Assembly (NCBI GenBank): GCA_963695345.1
Contig: OY968769.1
Coordinates: 2,080,001 to 2,144,000 of the forward strand
Direction: 5' to 3'
DNA: 64,000 nucleotides
DNA from: an uncultured Methanomassiliicoccales archaeon
GTDB taxonomy: Archaea; Thermoplasmatota; Thermoplasmata; Methanomassiliicoccales; UBA472
Every line of letters starts with the position of its first letter. Positions within the stretch are counted from its first letter, which is position 1. Positions 10,141-23,800 of the stretch are shown here, piece by piece. The position numbers and the translations under genes are program-made. The notes beneath the pieces are model-generated. The model had not been told where the DNA came from and made no database searches. It saw only the letters and a program-made list of their open reading frames with translations.

Positions 10141-12579
10141 ATGAAAAATGAAAGGGCCCCCTCGCAGGACCAAGGCTGGTCAATGGTTAGGAATCGATTG
10201 GACCAGTGGAAATTGGTCAGATTCGTCAAGGGGAATTTCACCAGGTTGGAATTGATCGAAATCCTCCTGTTGATGATATTGGGGCTCGTGGTCTTCACCT
10301 GGTATTCATCGAACATCGTCATCGATGCCTTCGATTACAACATCTCATTCTCGCCGATTCAGACTCTGTTCCGCTCCATGCAACTATGGGATCCGCATGG
10401 GGGATTTGGATCCGCAATGCCCCGGGCGATCGCCGGGTTCCTGCCGAACAACCTCTATTACGCCACGATGCAGTTCATAGGTCTCTCGCTCCACACATCA
10501 CAGAGCCTACTTCTCTACGTGGTCCTTGCGGGTTCGGGGGTCTCGGTATTTCTTCTTTACCGAGCGCTCGGACTCGGTGACCGGTACCGGAACGGGGCGA
10601 TTTTCGCGGCCATCGCCTACATGTTCTCGCCCATTGCATCCACATTTCTTTGGAACCAGTTCGCATCCAATTACTATTCCTATTGTTTCATTCCTCTGAT
10701 CGCCGCGATGGTGGTCTTCGGGATCAGGACCAGAAGGGGGCCGTTCTTCATTTTTGGCCTGGTCTTGCTCTGGACCCTCCTCATATCCGCATCCTACATG
10801 AACCCGGTTAACGGGCTCATGGACTGGATCTTCATTTTGGGTCTTTTGGGAACGATGGCCCTCAGGGAATCGACCAGAAGGATACAGGTGATCAAGTTTG
10901 CCGCGATACTGTTGGTGTTGTGGTTCCTGGTCAATCTGTTCTGGATCATTCCGGTCATGAGCAACGTTAGCATCGAGGTGACCAGATCGGGCGTCAGCTC
11001 GGTGGGGGTAAGCAACAAGGACCTGCTGAATTCCAATTCCGTCCCGATCTACTGGGCAGCCTTACAGACCGGTTATTGGGCCCTCTACGATGATTATCTG
11101 GGCGATCCGTGGTATTCATGGTCCAGCCTGGCTTCGTCGGGTCTCTTTATCTTCTCCTGTCTGATCATTGCCCTGACCGCTCTTTATGCACTGACCATTC
11201 GACCAATGAATCACATCATCCTTCTCCTCGGCGGCGTCACCGCCCTTTGTTTGGTGATGATCAATGGATTCTATCCGCCGACTGGATATCTCATCGAGGG
11301 ATTGTTCGATGCTGTTCCCATACTCTATGCTTTTCGGAGCCTCTATCAGCATTTCGGGCCATTGCTGGCCCTATCCTACGCTTTGCTCTTTGGATATTCC
11401 ATGGCCCATATTGTCGGATCCATCACCTGGCCGAGATGGAAGGGCTTTTCGATCAAACGGATTACAATAAAGGCATGGGCTGTCATGACCTGGACGGTCT
11501 TCGTCCTGTTGGCCCTATCAGTGATCGCCATGCCGTATTACACAGGTCAGGTCATCTATGAAGGGGGCAAGGTCATTCCTTCAGCCCGGGTGGAGGTTCC
11601 TGACTACTATTACCAGACGAACGATTACCTGAACAACGCTTCCGGTGATTTCAGGGTCTTGAACCTCCCATACTGTCAATTGGGTTACGCTTCATACGAT
11701 TGGGAAAATGGCTACTGGGGAGGAGACCCGTTGTCCACCATATTCGACAAAGGCGTCATAGTGTCGGAACCAGGTTTATCCAATGAACTGCTTGTGAACA
11801 TGGCCAACCAGATTGCCAACAGTACGTTCCATCTCAATGTCGGTAAGATGCTCTCGATAATGAACGTGCGATATGTGATGCTTCACCAGGACGCGAATTG
11901 GGCATTCATCCAGGGACAGTCGCCTCCCTGGTGGGCGGCACCCCAGGCGAACTTCTCGATGTACGACACCGGCCTGAGGAACGCCGGGTTCGTGGAGGCC
12001 GCCACCTTCGGAGGGCTCGTTCTCTACGAGAACCCAGAATGGAAACCGGTGCATTTCCTCCAGGTCGATCAGATATTGGCCGTTGTGGGAGGCATTCCGG
12101 CCGTATGGAACCTGACCCAGGAGAGCTGGTATGATGTTTCCAAGATGGCATTCGTAGTGGTTCATTCCGTATCGGACATGGCTGATCTCAACTTCCATGT
12201 CGATGGCATCTACTATGGTCGCGTCCTTTTCAGAGAGGACAGCTGGAAACTTCAAAACGGAGTGGCTCTTAGCGATACGGTGGGAAGCCCCACGGCACAC
12301 GCTGTGTCAGTTGACCCGGGGCAGCGTCTCCTGGTATTCTCAGAAAGGTACGATCCAGAATGGAAGGCGACCACTGTCAATGGCACCCAAGAGCACATTG
12401 CCGTGAACATGTTCTTCAATGGCTACATCCTGGGCAATGGAACTACAGAAGTGACGATCGAATATCAACCGCAGAAGGGGCTGATCAACCTGATATCATT
12501 CTCAGCCCTATTCACGGTAGGAATGTTCAGTATCCTCACTTACCGGCATTTGCGCCAGAGGGCTGGGACTGTTCGATAG
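10141..12579 (+). CDS. Polytopic GT-C-like membrane protein (AftD/DUF3367- or YfhO-like) with extracellular domain
   Basis: ~12 TM segments, then VPDYY..FRVLNLP, LSIMNVRYVMLHQD, LVFSERYDPEWKA, HIAVNMFFNGY and a C-terminal TM. Confidence 0.65.
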   Translation: MKNERAPSQDQGWSMVRNRLDQWKLVRFVKGNFTRLELIEILLLMILGLVVFTWYSSNIVIDAFDYNISFSPIQTLFRSMQLWDPHGGFGSAMPRAIAGFLPNNLYYATMQFIGLSLHTSQSLLLYVVLAGSGVSVFLLYRALGLGDRYRNGAIFAAIAYMFSPIASTFLWNQFASNYYSYCFIPLIAAMVVFGIRTRRGPFFIFGLVLLWTLLISASYMNPVNGLMDWIFILGLLGTMALRESTRRIQVIKFAAILLVLWFLVNLFWIIPVMSNVSIEVTRSGVSSVGVSNKDLLNSNSVPIYWAALQTGYWALYDDYLGDPWYSWSSLASSGLFIFSCLIIALTALYALTIRPMNHIILLLGGVTALCLVMINGFYPPTGYLIEGLFDAVPILYAFRSLYQHFGPLLALSYALLFGYSMAHIVGSITWPRWKGFSIKRITIKAWAVMTWTVFVLLALSVIAMPYYTGQVIYEGGKVIPSARVEVPDYYYQTNDYLNNASGDFRVLNLPYCQLGYASYDWENGYWGGDPLSTIFDKGVIVSEPGLSNELLVNMANQIANSTFHLNVGKMLSIMNVRYVMLHQDANWAFIQGQSPPWWAAPQANFSMYDTGLRNAGFVEAATFGGLVLYENPEWKPVHFLQVDQILAVVGGIPAVWNLTQESWYDVSKMAFVVVHSVSDMADLNFHVDGIYYGRVLFREDSWKLQNGVALSDTVGSPTAHAVSVDPGQRLLVFSERYDPEWKATTVNGTQEHIAVNMFFNGYILGNGTTEVTIEYQPQKGLINLISFSALFTVGMFSILTYRHLRQRAGTVR

Positions 12580-13378
12580 ACGGCGATGCATCAACTCTTG
12601 AGCCTTCATAGTAATGGGTCAGTTTTATCCGGTAAAAAATGCCCATGGTGTCCTTCCATATCCGGCCGACGTCCTTCGGCTTGATCCTTCCGCCGTTCTC
12701 GCGGACAAAATTTATCGAGATCGGTGCTTCCGCGATGGTATAGCCGTCCTTCAAGGCATTCAAGAGGAGCTCAAGGTCGAACGCATATCTCTTTACGAAC
12801 ACCTTCGGAAACTCTCTGGTCAAAACCTCTCTCTTGAAGAGTTTCAGACCTGGTTGGGTGTCCGTCAAAGTGCATTGGAAAAGGCTGCGGATCAACAGAT
12901 TATAGCATCTGGACATGACCCTTCTCTTCATCGGATAATGGATGATCGATTCCTGGTGGCGCTTGGAGCCAATAACGATGTCGACCTTCTTCTCATCCAT
13001 GACGTCCAGGAAAACCTTCAGCTGTATGGGATGAAGCTCCAGGTCCGCATCGATGAATGTTATCAGGTCCCCGTGGGCATACTTCCAGCCCTCTTTCAGG
13101 GCGTTTCCCTTGCCGCCATTCTTGGTGTATGTGACAAGGATGACCTCTGGATGCTCCAGTTCGACCTTGTGCACTTCATCGGCCGTGTCATCGGTGCTTC
13201 CATCGTTGACCAATATCAGCTCGAAAGGATTCCCCAATGTGCTGAGGGTCTTTACGGCTTCAATTAAATTTTCTCTGATTTTCTTGCCCTCGTTGTATGC
13301 GGGCATAATAACAGAAATAAGAGTGGTAGGCTTGTTCCTAATTATTGTGGGTGAAGAATCACCGACAGTATCAATCAT
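12536..13378 (-). CDS. GT2 polyprenol-phosphate glycosyltransferase (DPM1/Alg5-like)
   Basis: SVIMPAYNE, VNDGSTD, NGGKGNA, FIDADL, TDTQPGLKLF, YAFDLELL. Confidence 0.85.
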   Translation of the reverse strand: MIDTVGDSSPTIIRNKPTTLISVIMPAYNEGKKIRENLIEAVKTLSTLGNPFELILVNDGSTDDTADEVHKVELEHPEVILVTYTKNGGKGNALKEGWKYAHGDLITFIDADLELHPIQLKVFLDVMDEKKVDIVIGSKRHQESIIHYPMKRRVMSRCYNLLIRSLFQCTLTDTQPGLKLFKREVLTREFPKVFVKRYAFDLELLLNALKDGYTIAEAPISINFVRENGGRIKPKDVGRIWKDTMGIFYRIKLTHYYEGSRVDASPSIEQSQPSGANAGK

Positions 13379-13768
13379 GGTAATTTCCTTTTACCTCCCA
13401 GGTCTGGATTGGTGTCAGATAAACCAACTCATTATATTATAATTACGAACCCTTTTTTGTTTATGGCTAAGAGCAGCTGGAATTTAACGCCCATAACGAG
13501 ACGAAAAACCGATTCATCGTTCCCTCGTTGTCATTTATTACCTACATCGGTGGTTTACTCGAGAGAAACTCCGACCAACTATTCCGAGCGGTCGCGGCGG
13601 GCCCAATTGTTGGGATCCGGACCGCCGGGTCCCGGGAGAAACGCCAGCATGGATAGCTTTGATTTTCTTCAACGATAATATTAATAGCATAAAACAATGA
13701 CACGGATAATTCATAAACTGACTGTAAGTCTATTTATTGAAAAGGCTATTCTCTTTGGATGGGGTGAA

Positions 13769-15786
<2,018 letters not shown>

Positions 15787-15835
15787 CCGGCCCAGGATAA
15801 CTATTAAATGGATGCAATATTTCTACCCTTGAGAA

Positions 15836-16732
15836 ATGATCACTTTCTTCACCATCCCGAAACCTTTTGAAGGGCACAACGGAGTGATCCAGCGGAATGC
15901 TTTGCGCTCCTGGAGAAAGTTGAACCCGAAATGCGAGATCTTCATCTTCGGCGACGAGGTGGGAATAGCTGAGGTGGCGGAAGAGGTCGGGGCGATCCAT
16001 ATCCCCGAGATCCGGAAAAATGAATTCGGCACACCCTACCTCGATGGGATATTCTCAAAGGTCCAGGAAATGGCCAAGAACGACATCCTCTGCTATTCCA
16101 ACGCCGACATCATATTTTTGAATGATTTCCCCGCCGGGGTCGGGAAGATCAATGACGACCGGTATCTACTGGTAGGTCAGCGATGGGACCTGGACCTGAC
16201 CACCGAGGTCGATTATTCCGGGAATTACCAGGACGAGCTCCGACAAAGAACCGCCCAGGGGGGCAAGCTCCACGATGTGGACGGGATGGATTATTTCGTA
16301 TTCCGAAAGGGCACCCTCAAGGCATTGCCGGCATTCCTGGTCGGAAGGGCCGGTTGGGACAACTGGATGATATACAATGCCAGGGTGGAAGGCATCAAGG
16401 TCATCGACGGCACAAGGGGATACCTGGTCATTCACCAGAACCACAATTATGGGCACGTCAAGAAGAGCGTCGGCAGGTGGCTGGGTCCGGAATCGGATTA
16501 CAACATGGCGTTGCTTGGAGGCGTGGAACACCGGTTCACTCTCTATGATGCGACCTATCGGTTCAATGGAGTAAAGGTCCTCCGCAACCTGAGCGCCATA
16601 TCATTATACCGCCGTTTGAAATCCCTGTCTATCCTGAAGCCTGAGGCGGGAAAGGTGCTCCACCCCATCGAAAGGGCGGTCGATCCCATCGAGAGACTGC
16701 TCCTCGATATCTGGCGGAAGAGAAGCATTTGA
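15836..16732 (+). CDS. Conserved GT-A-like hypothetical protein
   Basis: FTIPKPF..IQRNALRSW, YSNADII (DxD-like), GRAGWDNW, IHQNHNY; sits in the glycan locus. Confidence 0.6.
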   Translation: MITFFTIPKPFEGHNGVIQRNALRSWRKLNPKCEIFIFGDEVGIAEVAEEVGAIHIPEIRKNEFGTPYLDGIFSKVQEMAKNDILCYSNADIIFLNDFPAGVGKINDDRYLLVGQRWDLDLTTEVDYSGNYQDELRQRTAQGGKLHDVDGMDYFVFRKGTLKALPAFLVGRAGWDNWMIYNARVEGIKVIDGTRGYLVIHQNHNYGHVKKSVGRWLGPESDYNMALLGGVEHRFTLYDATYRFNGVKVLRNLSAISLYRRLKSLSILKPEAGKVLHPIERAVDPIERLLLDIWRKRSI

Positions 16733-16793
16733 AGAATCGACTTCCGCCTTGGGTCGGCGCGGTAACTATTGACCAAGACGATCGACCCGATTG

Positions 16794-17789
16794 TCAGGGA
16801 ATCTCGTAGCTGGGGGAGGTGCTGCCGGACAAACCGTCGATCAGACCTCTGAGGTAACCCGAGGCTATCCGCAGCCGGTCCATCATCTTCTTGTCCGAAT
16901 TGATCACAATTATTCGCAGATAGAACAACGTGAAGAACCATAGGAAAACGGTGGCGAAACCGGCGAATTGCACCTTTCCCGAGTACATCCTATGGAAAAT
17001 GATCCGATTCCGGGACATGTAATACGCTCTGAACGGCCCTCCCAGATGGAACAGCCGGTTCCGGCTGGTACCGGGTGATGGCGGCTCGATGTCATGCCAC
17101 ACCTTGGCGGCTGGGTTACATAGTATCTTGAAACCCGCTCTGTTGACCCGCCTGGCGATGTCCGATTCCTCATAGTTGATGGGAAAGTCACGGGCATCGA
17201 ACGGCCCGGCCAGGCCGATGGACTCCCGGGAGATCATGAAGCAGTTGGGGAAGTCATCGGACTCTGTTACCAGAGCGTGCTGGCCCGGGTCGGTCCCGCC
17301 CCTGCCGACGAACGTGGTCTGTGACGTGGTCATGTTCCTTTTTATTCCGGCGCACCAGACGGTGTCCGGCCTCTTCAGATAGAACATCAATGGCCCGACC
17401 AGGCCCACCTTTGGTCGGTCCGGGTCCTGGAATGTCCCAATCAGTTCAACGATACAATTCGGGTCCATCACGTTGTCATCGTCGATGAACAGGAGGAACT
17501 CGCCATGGGAATTGTCGATCCCGGTGTTCCTCGCCGCCGAGACCCATCGTTCGCGGTCATGACGAAATATATGGACATAGGGAAACAGCTCCCTGACAGC
17601 CTCCACCGTTCCGTCGGGAGAATGGTCGTCCACCACGATCACCTCAAGCCTTGATGCTGGATACACCTGTTTGGATAGGGAATCGAGGAGTCTGAGCAGT
17701 TCCTTCTTTCGGTTAAAAGTAGGTATGATGATCGAGACCAGCGGCACCTGTGAATATCCGGATGTTGCTGTGCCAGAAGGTTGGGTCAC
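16794..17789 (-). CDS. GT2 family glycosyltransferase
   Basis: SIIIPTFNR, VVDDHSPDGT, ARNTG, FIDDD, YEESD. Confidence 0.9.
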   Translation of the reverse strand: MTQPSGTATSGYSQVPLVSIIIPTFNRKKELLRLLDSLSKQVYPASRLEVIVVDDHSPDGTVEAVRELFPYVHIFRHDRERWVSAARNTGIDNSHGEFLLFIDDDNVMDPNCIVELIGTFQDPDRPKVGLVGPLMFYLKRPDTVWCAGIKRNMTTSQTTFVGRGGTDPGQHALVTESDDFPNCFMISRESIGLAGPFDARDFPINYEESDIARRVNRAGFKILCNPAAKVWHDIEPPSPGTSRNRLFHLGGPFRAYYMSRNRIIFHRMYSGKVQFAGFATVFLWFFTLFYLRIIVINSDKKMMDRLRIASGYLRGLIDGLSGSTSPSYEIP

Positions 17790-17810
17790 CTCGGAAACAA
17801 TGAATTTTGG

Positions 17811-17831
17811 ATATTAATATATTCCTTGATT
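17811..17831 (-). promoter_or_regulatory. Archaeal BRE-TATA promoter of the GT2 gene (probably leaderless)
   Basis: Minus strand reads aatcaaggaatatattaatat about 28 nt before GTG 17789; the same 13-mer occurs at 34612. Confidence 0.45.
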
Positions 17832-18051
17832 GCCTCCACGTGGTTCCGTCAGGCTTGAATGACATCATACCAGGAGCTGGCTATCTCAAATCGATTCCAG
17901 GCACAAACAGGAGTATTCGAACGTGATACGACCAACCATTTTCTTCGACCTCGGAAATCATTTGACACTTGCCAGCCTTCCGATCCGGTCGAGCCAGTTA
18001 TGGATTCTGGACAACTATTAATACCGACAATTGAATCGGCTTTGGAGAGAA

Positions 18052-19560
18052 TTGATTGGTAGAAAGTCCACGTTGGTATTCGCTACCACAATAATATCCT
18101 CAATCCTTGGGTTCATTGGGCTATTTTTCATCACCAGATATCTGGGGACGGAGATCTATGGTGACATCGCCTGGATTCTGGCGCTTATCGCCGCAGTAAA
18201 TGCGGTTTCCGATCTGGGGTTCTCGAGTGCGCACATCAAGAAGATATCCGAGGGAGGGAACATAGATGATTGTGTCAGCACCTTCGTCATGGTCAAGGTC
18301 ATCCTAACGAGCATAATGGTTGCGATCATCGTACTTTTAATGGCGTTCATGCTCGTTATCGGACATGCTGGCTATTCATCGGACTATCTAGAGATCGTTA
18401 CCCTGTTCGTTCTCTATCAGGTGCTGTGCGACCTTTCTTTGATAGCCACCATGACCTTCACGGCAAGGACGGAAGCGGTCAAATCCCAGCTGATAATTCT
18501 CATCGATCCGGTCATTAGGGTGCCGATCATCATCTTCATTTGCCTTTTCAAAGGCAGCGAGCTCGATATCGCGATATCCTATGCGATCGCCGGTATCGCG
18601 GTGTTCTCCACCGCCCTCTATCTGATGTGGTCGGGCGAGTATCGTTGGACCAAGCCCACACTATACCGGCCCTATCTCAAATTCGCCCTGCCCCTTGTCA
18701 TCAGCATGGTGATAACGACCGTGGCATACAGCATCGACAAGATCTTTATCGGAGCCTTTTGGTCGAACACGGATGTTGCCTATTATTCGTCGGGGTTCGC
18801 ACTGATACTCATAATCAGCGGATTGGGGCTGGCGATAAGCCAACTAACCTTCCCCACCTTCTCGAATTTCTTCTCCAAGGGCAGGATGGAGGATATTCGC
18901 CAGACCACGGTGCAGGCGGAAAGGTTCGTGGCGATCATTTCCTTTCCGATGGTGGCTTTCATGCTGATATTCCCAGGGAACGTGACCTCGCTCCTGTACG
19001 GGCATGAATGGATACTGGCCGGGGATTCATTGAGATGGCTGGCCTTGGCGACTCTGTTCAACATCTTCAACGCGGCGGCAACATCCCAGATCCTGGCAGT
19101 CAACCGCCCCGATGTCTCTTTCAGAATAACGGTCATATATTTCATCGCGTTCGTCGCCGGGCTGTTCCTGTTCGTACCGAACGACATATTCGGCATTCAT
19201 TTGCTGGGCCTTTCCTATGTGGGGGCGTCGCTGGCTTATCTGATCTCGATGTTGGTCGGCTTTTTCCTCACGAGGGTCGCCGTCAACAAGCTCACCGGGA
19301 CCCATATCGAGCGGAGAATGGGACTGTACGCGGTGATATTCGCGATAACCGTGGGGTTTCTCGGTCTCCTGAGCATGTGGTTCCCGGTGCAGGAATGGTA
19401 CGTTCTGATAGCCATGTTCGGCGTTTCCTATGCCGTTTTCTGGGGATGTCTGGTGGCCTTCCGGGAGATGAAAAAGGAGGATATCCGTTACATGCTCGAC
19501 CTTGTCAACTTGAGGAAGATGGGCGGATACGTCTCTGAAGAGCTGACCGGTAAGAAGTGA
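18052..19560 (+). CDS. Oligosaccharide flippase (Wzx/MOP family)
   Basis: ~14 TM segments, SDLGFSSAHIK, IDKIFIG, VAYYSSG, FPTFS; TTG at 18052 with SD GGAGAG and upstream TATA. Confidence 0.88.
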   Translation: MIGRKSTLVFATTIISSILGFIGLFFITRYLGTEIYGDIAWILALIAAVNAVSDLGFSSAHIKKISEGGNIDDCVSTFVMVKVILTSIMVAIIVLLMAFMLVIGHAGYSSDYLEIVTLFVLYQVLCDLSLIATMTFTARTEAVKSQLIILIDPVIRVPIIIFICLFKGSELDIAISYAIAGIAVFSTALYLMWSGEYRWTKPTLYRPYLKFALPLVISMVITTVAYSIDKIFIGAFWSNTDVAYYSSGFALILIISGLGLAISQLTFPTFSNFFSKGRMEDIRQTTVQAERFVAIISFPMVAFMLIFPGNVTSLLYGHEWILAGDSLRWLALATLFNIFNAAATSQILAVNRPDVSFRITVIYFIAFVAGLFLFVPNDIFGIHLLGLSYVGASLAYLISMLVGFFLTRVAVNKLTGTHIERRMGLYAVIFAITVGFLGLLSMWFPVQEWYVLIAMFGVSYAVFWGCLVAFREMKKEDIRYMLDLVNLRKMGGYVSEELTGKK

Positions 19561-19660
19561 ACGATGACCGATCCGGCGAGGCAGTCCCGCGATTGCCAGA
19601 GCTCACTGGTCATTGATCACAATATATCGTTCTTGACGCTTTGACAATTGGGATCCTTGA

Positions 19661-20671
19661 CTAGAGCAGATAACGCAGTCTATAGATCGGCAGAAGGAAG
19701 AACGACAACCAGAACTCCTTATATCCCACGTACGGGGCGAGCGATTCCCTGTAATTGATGAATTTATGGCCCTCGCCCACCTTGATGAACGAAAGTGCCA
19801 GTATGTACGGTGTATATTCCATGATTATGCTGGCCTTGGCCTTGTGTATCAGTTGCGGACTGATACCGAGACTTTCGAAGAGATCCAGCAGCTCCATTGC
19901 CCGGATTACATGGACCACCGGGAATTCCTTCTCCCAATCCCTTGCTCCATCACCCACCACCAACAACGGGTTGCCGATGTAGAAAACCTTCCTTTTCCTC
20001 ATCGTGCGGGCCAATATCACCGCGTGCGGGTAGGTTGTCTGGACATTGCTGAAGTCGGAGTCTGAGGTCATTACATTCTTGGACTCCTCGACCCACAGGC
20101 TCCTTCTGAATATCGCGGTTTGCAGCGCGCACATGCTCACCCCGGATATCTTGGGGTCGATGAGTTGATCGAAGGAATCCAGCAGCTGTTCCCTCTTGTT
20201 CTTGCCATCCTGCCTCAGGTCATCGGGGAACTGGGCACTGCTGACCGGTTCGGTGAACCGGTCCAGCTCATCGATGTTGATATGCATCAGATTGGTGAAG
20301 AAAAGGTCGACCTCAGGATTGGCTTTCATGATGCCCACCAATCTTGCGATGGCGCCTTTTCTGACAAAATCGTCATCCCCGATGAGCCAGCAATAGTCAC
20401 CGGTGGCCATCTGGTTGGAGCAATAGAGGAAATTGGGCCCGCCCCCTATGTTCTTTTCCTGACGATGGTAGCGGAAAGGACCGAACTGCTTTGCCCACTC
20501 CACGACCTGAGGGGTCTCATCCGTCGAACAGTTGTCGGAAACGATTATCTCCACATCGTCTTCATAACCTGCGATCTGGCTCAATATCGACAGAAGATTG
20601 ATCTTTAGAAGTTTGCACCGATTAAATGTGGGTACGCAGATGGAGAGCAGCGGTTTACCGTGACCACTCAT
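19661..20671 (-). CDS. GT2 glycosyltransferase, abequosyltransferase (RfbV/WbaV)-like
   Basis: LLSICVPTFNR, VSDNCSTDET, NIGGGPNF, WLIGDDD, YPHA. Confidence 0.8.
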   Translation of the reverse strand: MSGHGKPLLSICVPTFNRCKLLKINLLSILSQIAGYEDDVEIIVSDNCSTDETPQVVEWAKQFGPFRYHRQEKNIGGGPNFLYCSNQMATGDYCWLIGDDDFVRKGAIARLVGIMKANPEVDLFFTNLMHINIDELDRFTEPVSSAQFPDDLRQDGKNKREQLLDSFDQLIDPKISGVSMCALQTAIFRRSLWVEESKNVMTSDSDFSNVQTTYPHAVILARTMRKRKVFYIGNPLLVVGDGARDWEKEFPVVHVIRAMELLDLFESLGISPQLIHKAKASIIMEYTPYILALSFIKVGEGHKFINYRESLAPYVGYKEFWLSFFLLPIYRLRYLL

Positions 20672-20817
20672 TATTTTGCCTCAGTTCAAATCCCCTTATT
20701 GGCTCCCACATAATAATCATATCTCTGGCATAATACCATGCCGGACATCAGACCAGAGATCGCCTGCTTCGCCAGACGGTCCTGCCCTCATCCGGCCGGC
20801 CTTGCCTATGTCATTCC

Positions 20818-23800
20818 CTATGACCTCTTCCGCCAGTTCCAAACGATGTTGCCGACGATCAACAATAATGCGACACCCATCCCGGCATAGCTGAGCCAGT
20901 AACCGATCTGCATGTTGTTCTGTCCGGTGTAGTAGAGGTTGAGGGATATGTTGCCATTGCCCGTAACCACGTACCCGTTGATTATCCCATCATCGACGAA
21001 GTGTCCCTGCACGGTCCCATCGCTGGCTGTGAGGACCCATTTCTGATCGTAGCTTTCCCTGAATGCCACTATGGCCTGCCCGCTGACGTTGGTCATATCG
21101 ATCCGGTACTCCACCGAGCTGATCCGGATGAACGATATGTCGGAGTTCTTTGGGGAAAGCATGGTGGTCGTGAGGTCGACCTTGTCGCTGGCGAGGACTC
21201 TCACGTTGTCCAGCCAGCATTTCCAAGTTTCCGAGTCGTTGTTCTTCAGATCGAAGCTTATGTCCACCCGCCCATAGACTGCGCCAGCCGGCACTTCGAG
21301 GCTTGTCTGGTTCGATCTCCACAGATTCCATATGCTCCTTTGATCGATGGTCATGTTCGTCTGTGATATCAGATCGTTATTCTCATCCAGATAGCTGACC
21401 TGGACCAACGGTATGGTCAATCCGTAGGGCAGGGAATCGGCGGTTATGGTGTAGGTCTTGTTCTGATCGAAAGCGAATTCGTCGGAGATTATCTGATACG
21501 TTTCGACCCCGGCGATGGTCTTATTCTGCTGGAACAGAAGCGCATAGACTCCATCCATGTAGTTGTCCTGGTTCGTGTAATTGGAAATCGGGGACCTGAC
21601 GGGTACTGAACCATTGACACTGTAGTACACCTGCCACCCTCCGTACCCGTAGTCGAATGAGGGATTGCTCAGGACATTGATACCGAACTTGTACACCGTC
21701 TTCGTGGTCAGCAGACCCAGGGCATCCGTCCTGGCCGAGTCATAGCTTTCCGCGGACACGATGGATATCGCCGAAATGCCGTTGAAACCAGCAATATTCT
21801 TCAATGAAACGGTGACCGTTTCCCCATCGACGGCGACCATCGGTATCTTAGCCAGCAAGAACCCGTCATAACCGTCGTAGGTTTCAATGGTCTGGTCGAC
21901 GCCATTGGTGGTGACCTGGATCGTTCCCCCCTGTTCGTTTGCGAAATACCTCAAGATAAGATAGGAATTTCCGCTATGGTCAGGGGTGATCTCGAAGTTC
22001 ACCTGATCCGTAGAGCCAATGGTGTAGACCACGCCTCTATTGAAATCGAAGTCGAAGGAATACTGCGGCCAATTGACATAAGGGTGCCAGACGTTCTGGT
22101 GAGGGTCCCAATAACTGCCCTTGGACCACTGGGTGGTCGGATTGAAATTGACCACCTGGTCGTACGGGAAGATGGTGGTCATGTTGCTGCCCGCAGTGAC
22201 CATGGCCTCCATGTATGTCAGGCCCTCGATCATCTGGCTATCGGTCTTGTCAGAAATGATGATGGGGGCCGCGCTGATCGCCTTAAGGCTTACGTCCTGT
22301 CCAATGAAATCATATGAGAAGTCGTTTGAATATCCGGTGCTTTTCATGAACTGGTCCATCAGGCGGTATCCGCCATCGGCCAGGACCAGGTCCTGGTTGG
22401 TCGATATCCGGTAGTCGGCCTTCAGATTCTTGAAGATATACACCATTCCCTGATGGAATACTTCCAGGAAAACCGAGGAGTTCTCCATCTTCGAGATCAT
22501 CGGCTGGACCAGGCCTTGTAGCTCCTTTACGTCGTTATGGATCACCAGATATCCAATGTTCACAAAGCCACAGAAAGCGGCCAGGGACTCCACGTCCTGA
22601 TTGTGGAACAATGAGGAACTGTACTTAGTGTCCAGCGCAAAGTACCCGAAGTGGTTCCAATTGGTACCGAAAAGGATCGTTGGGACCGAGGATGAGAATG
22701 TCCAGATATCATTGGAGCCGACCGTTGAGCTCCAGACCGGTTTATATGACCCGTAGTCCGGCAGGTAGACCGCTCGATAGTCCTCTCCCACGGAATCCAG
22801 ATAGTTCCACGCATTCTGGAACTCGACCGGCACATCGGCCGGACCTGCGTTCGCGGCGGGATTGGTAAATAGCAATGGCCAGGAATACGCCGAGACCAGC
22901 AGGATGAAGACGACGAGGAAGGCGATCAACGAGACCCTTCTTTGCTTTCCGAAGAGTTTGAACCTGCGGCCCTTGACGAAGCGAATAATGGATACGAAGG
23001 TGAAGCCGCAAAGGACCGTCAGCGAGATCGCAATCAGTGCGTCCGAGACCCTCCATGTCCTGAACGCCAGGCCTATGGGTGTATTGAAGAACAGGTATTC
23101 GTGAATTCCCTTGAACGGACTGTCGACGTAAAAGAAAAGGATCGAAAATACCAACAGGATCGCATAGAACAGGACCTCGTTGTATCTTGAGTAACGATAT
23201 ACCGCAAAGAAAGCGGCAGCCGTGATCAATATCGTCGCCGGGACCAGATAGTTGAGGAATGAGAAGGGGTTGCTGGTGATCACATAGTAGGAACCCAGGT
23301 CCATGTGCGAGCTGGCGAGCAGCATATTGAACATGGTGGCGTGGCCCCATGGAACGCTCAGCCCGGTGGTGGACAGCGCCAGACCCTGGGATGATGTGGC
23401 CGTCAGCCTGAAGATGAGCCGATAGGCGATAAGGGAGACGAACAGGAACATCACGCCGAAAAAGGCCACCGTCGGGGTCACCAACTTCTTCTTCCAACTC
23501 CCCTTCCTGGTGGTGATGCAGAAGAACATGTAGAGGAATAGAATGATGGGGAATCCTGCCCAGATGAAATGCTCATCCACGTTGAACGCCATCAGTATGG
23601 CGCAGATCGGCAGATAGACCCATTTGTTGTCCAGGGCCGTCTTGGAGAACGCCCAGATGATCCAGGGAAGGCTGGTCAGGGACAATTGGATCCCCACCCA
23701 ATAGCTGTCGCCCAGGAAGTATGAAGGGTTAAGCCCATAGATCAGCGATCCAAGGAACGCCGCAGCGGTGATCGTGAGGGAATCATCCATTCGCTTGCTT

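Noticed and set aside
20680-20700. tRNA T-loop-like gttcaaatccc
   Set aside because: No cloverleaf stems; it is the 5' region of the GT2 gene on the other strand
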